Source: Raillietiella orientalis (taxonomy: Eukaryota). Taken from it: DNA of 64,000 bases. Positions 61,801-64,000 of this stretch are shown piece after piece. The DNA is taken from the NCBI GenBank assembly GCA_036172245.1, contig JAYWIR010000002.1:2294001-2358000 (forward strand). The letters are read 5' to 3'. Each line of letters opens with the position of its first letter. The first letter of the stretch is position 1. The notes beneath the pieces were generated by a model. It was not told where the DNA came from, made no database searches, and saw nothing but the letters and a program-made list of their open reading frames with translations. Position numbers and translations under genes: made by a program.

Positions 61801-62425
61801 CGATTCCCGAAGGCCGCAGGACAACTGGGGAAAGAGGAGGACGCTGGGGAATCGGGAGAAGAGGGAGTCAAGGACGCGATGAAGGAGCGCCTCCTTTCCC
61901 TGCTCCCGCCTGGAGAAACAGTGGGCGGGAGGAGGTCGAGGTCGTTGTTCCTTCCTGCGGGAGACTCCTCTCCGCGATCCTGGAAGCCGCGAGCGGGGAT
62001 CCCGCGGCAGCGGCGCCAAGTCAACGTGGGCGCGTTCCCCCGTCCAGGATCGAAGCAGTCGCTACCCCCGCAAAGGCCGAAACCCTTCCCTCCCGGAGGT
62101 GGATACCCTCGGGGATCTGCAGCCTTCCTCGATCCTTCGGCTCTCGACACCCGGTAGGAGGACGCTCGGGATTCCGGAAGAGCGTCTGGAATCCCGGATT
62201 CACTCTCTCTCGCCACAGCGGCCCCACAAGCTCTTGCAGGACGCCGCGGAGGAAACGGAATCGACGCTCACATCCCCAGCTCAGCGGTGACCCCCCGACT
62301 GGGGTCTCCGGCATCGGAGGTTCCACAGAGGGGTACCACAGAGGGGGTTTTGTGGTATCCTCCGCCCAGCGGGGATCGGTACCCGTCTTCAGGGGAACAG
62401 CTCCCGTGGGCTTAGGCGCGGTTCT

Positions 62426-62761
62426 TCAGGGAGGTAGCTGGGAGAACGGCAGCCACTGGATGCTGGATGAAACGGTGGTATCACAGAAGCTGCACTGAAG
62501 AGGAGGAGGAGGAGTCTGGAGGGCTATCTGGAGGAGTCTTCGAAGGTGCTGCGAAACTGTCGTTGCCAGAGGTCCTCTCGTTCCTGGTCCACCGGGTTCG
62601 AAACGCGTGCCCCTCGGGACTGCAGACTCGCGCTCTCTCCCGAGTGAGGAGGGATGCCGGTTTCCCGTGATTCCGGGGGAAGAGTGATAAGCGATGCGTT
62701 CGCCTTCAACGGTCCAGAGATCGAAGCTCTCTGGAGAGCTGTCTTTGCTGCCGAAGGACAA
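62426..62761 (-). mobile_element. Possible eroded N-terminal zinc-finger region of an RLE-type non-LTR retrotransposon
   Basis: TVSQHLRRLLQI...LQCSFCDTTV resembles the L.RHL...C..C finger pattern of such elements, but most metal ligands are lost. Confidence 0.2.
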
Positions 62762-64000
62762 CGATGACGGTGGCTGGAAGGAATCCTATTTACGGACGGA
62801 GGAGCAGCTCCGAAGGTCCGCGATCTTCTCCACCCCCACCCCCTTCCTCCTCCACAAGCCGTGGCGTGATGCTCAGGAGTCGCCTGGGAGCCTCCGGAGC
62901 AGGGATGCCAAGTTTCTCTTCCCCGGCAGCTGCTGCTGCTGCTTCGCCGCGGCGCCTGCGCTCGCAGCCAGCGGCGGCGGTCGCACCCTCCCGCTTGTTG
63001 TTTCCCCTTGGGAGAGAGTGGCTGTTGCCAGGATGCCGTTTCCGCGCGCGGCGGGAACCGCGGACAGCAGGGATTGATTGTTCCCGCAGCCAATCACGTC
63101 GGGAGCACAGGGCGAAAAAAAAAATTCCAAGCCGCAAGGTTGCGGATGAAGCAGCCGCTGCGAAGATCGTAAATCTGCCACGGCTGGGAGCGAAACGCGT
63201 GGTCGCGGCGAATCCGGACCTGTTTGTCGCCGGCTGTCAGGGAACGTGGAAACGCGCCGCCAAGGGTGCGGAGAGGAAGAGGAGGAGGAGAAGGTGCTGC
63301 TGCTGCTGCCATCTTCCCTTCGCGCGCAGATTCGAGAAACGCCCACGGAACTTCTTCCCCCTCCCCTTCCCCCTCCAAGTTGCACCTCTTCTCGGTCTCC
63401 TCGCAACGAAGTCGTCGCCGCGCGCTCGGAAGGGCGGAAGCTCCAGAGTCAGCCCTGGACAGTCCGGTCGGTCCTTCAAGGGGAACAGGTGCGGCTCTCG
63501 CAGGGAAAGCTAGCTCGGGGCTCCAGCATCCACCGCCCCGGGAGAACCTCCGAGTCCGTCCTGTGGGTTGACTCGGGGAAAAAGTCCGTCTCACCGGCCG
63601 AGGGACGCGCGAGGTCCTTCGGTGGTGTCCTCGGCCTCCTCTCCTGAGAGACCCTTCCTCTTCCCTACTGGAACCGGCGCTTTGTTCTGCTAGGAACCGG
63701 GTCTTCCTTGGGAACTCCCAGGAGCGAAAGGCCACGGGTGGGAACGTGCTTCGTGCGCTCCCAATCCTGAGACCCCCAAGCGTCGAGAAGAGCGGCCATC
63801 TTTGGCCGAGGCGCTACTGGACCGGAGGGAGTCTCCAAGAGGCGCATCTGATCATTCTTGGCTCAGGGAAGGCATGGCATCTTCGCAGCCCACGGAACCT
63901 CCTCACCGAGCAGCGTGCCCTCGCGAAAGATATCCTGTCGGAGGTCGCGACGTGTCCGGACCCATCCCGGACGTCCGTTCGGAACCTTCCCGTCCAGAGG

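Overview
Eukaryotic, most likely non-insect arthropod, genomic DNA. The taxon is inferred from an obstructor/CPAP3-D2 cuticle gene occurring together with SYCP3 and UHMK1 homologues. Composition is strongly mosaic. GC-rich flanks (~1-17.9 kb and ~47.7-64 kb) are full of spurious Arg/Gly/Pro-rich ORFs. A central AT-richer zone (~25-47.6 kb) carries compact genes with very short introns (mostly 44-54 nt). I could splice four conserved genes by hand: TMX2 (+), UHMK1/KIS kinase-UHM (+), SYCP3 (-) and CPAP3-D2 (-). There is also an unidentified secreted Cys-rich protein (-) and a candidate orphan gene (+). Between them lie decayed retroelement and DNA-transposon relics, stop-interrupted coding relics, a near-identical 804+101 bp duplication flanking UHMK1, and a near-perfect 228 bp inverted repeat inside two old diverged element copies. 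I found no rRNA, convincing tRNA or CRISPR array. All family assignments come from motif recognition by eye, not from database searches.
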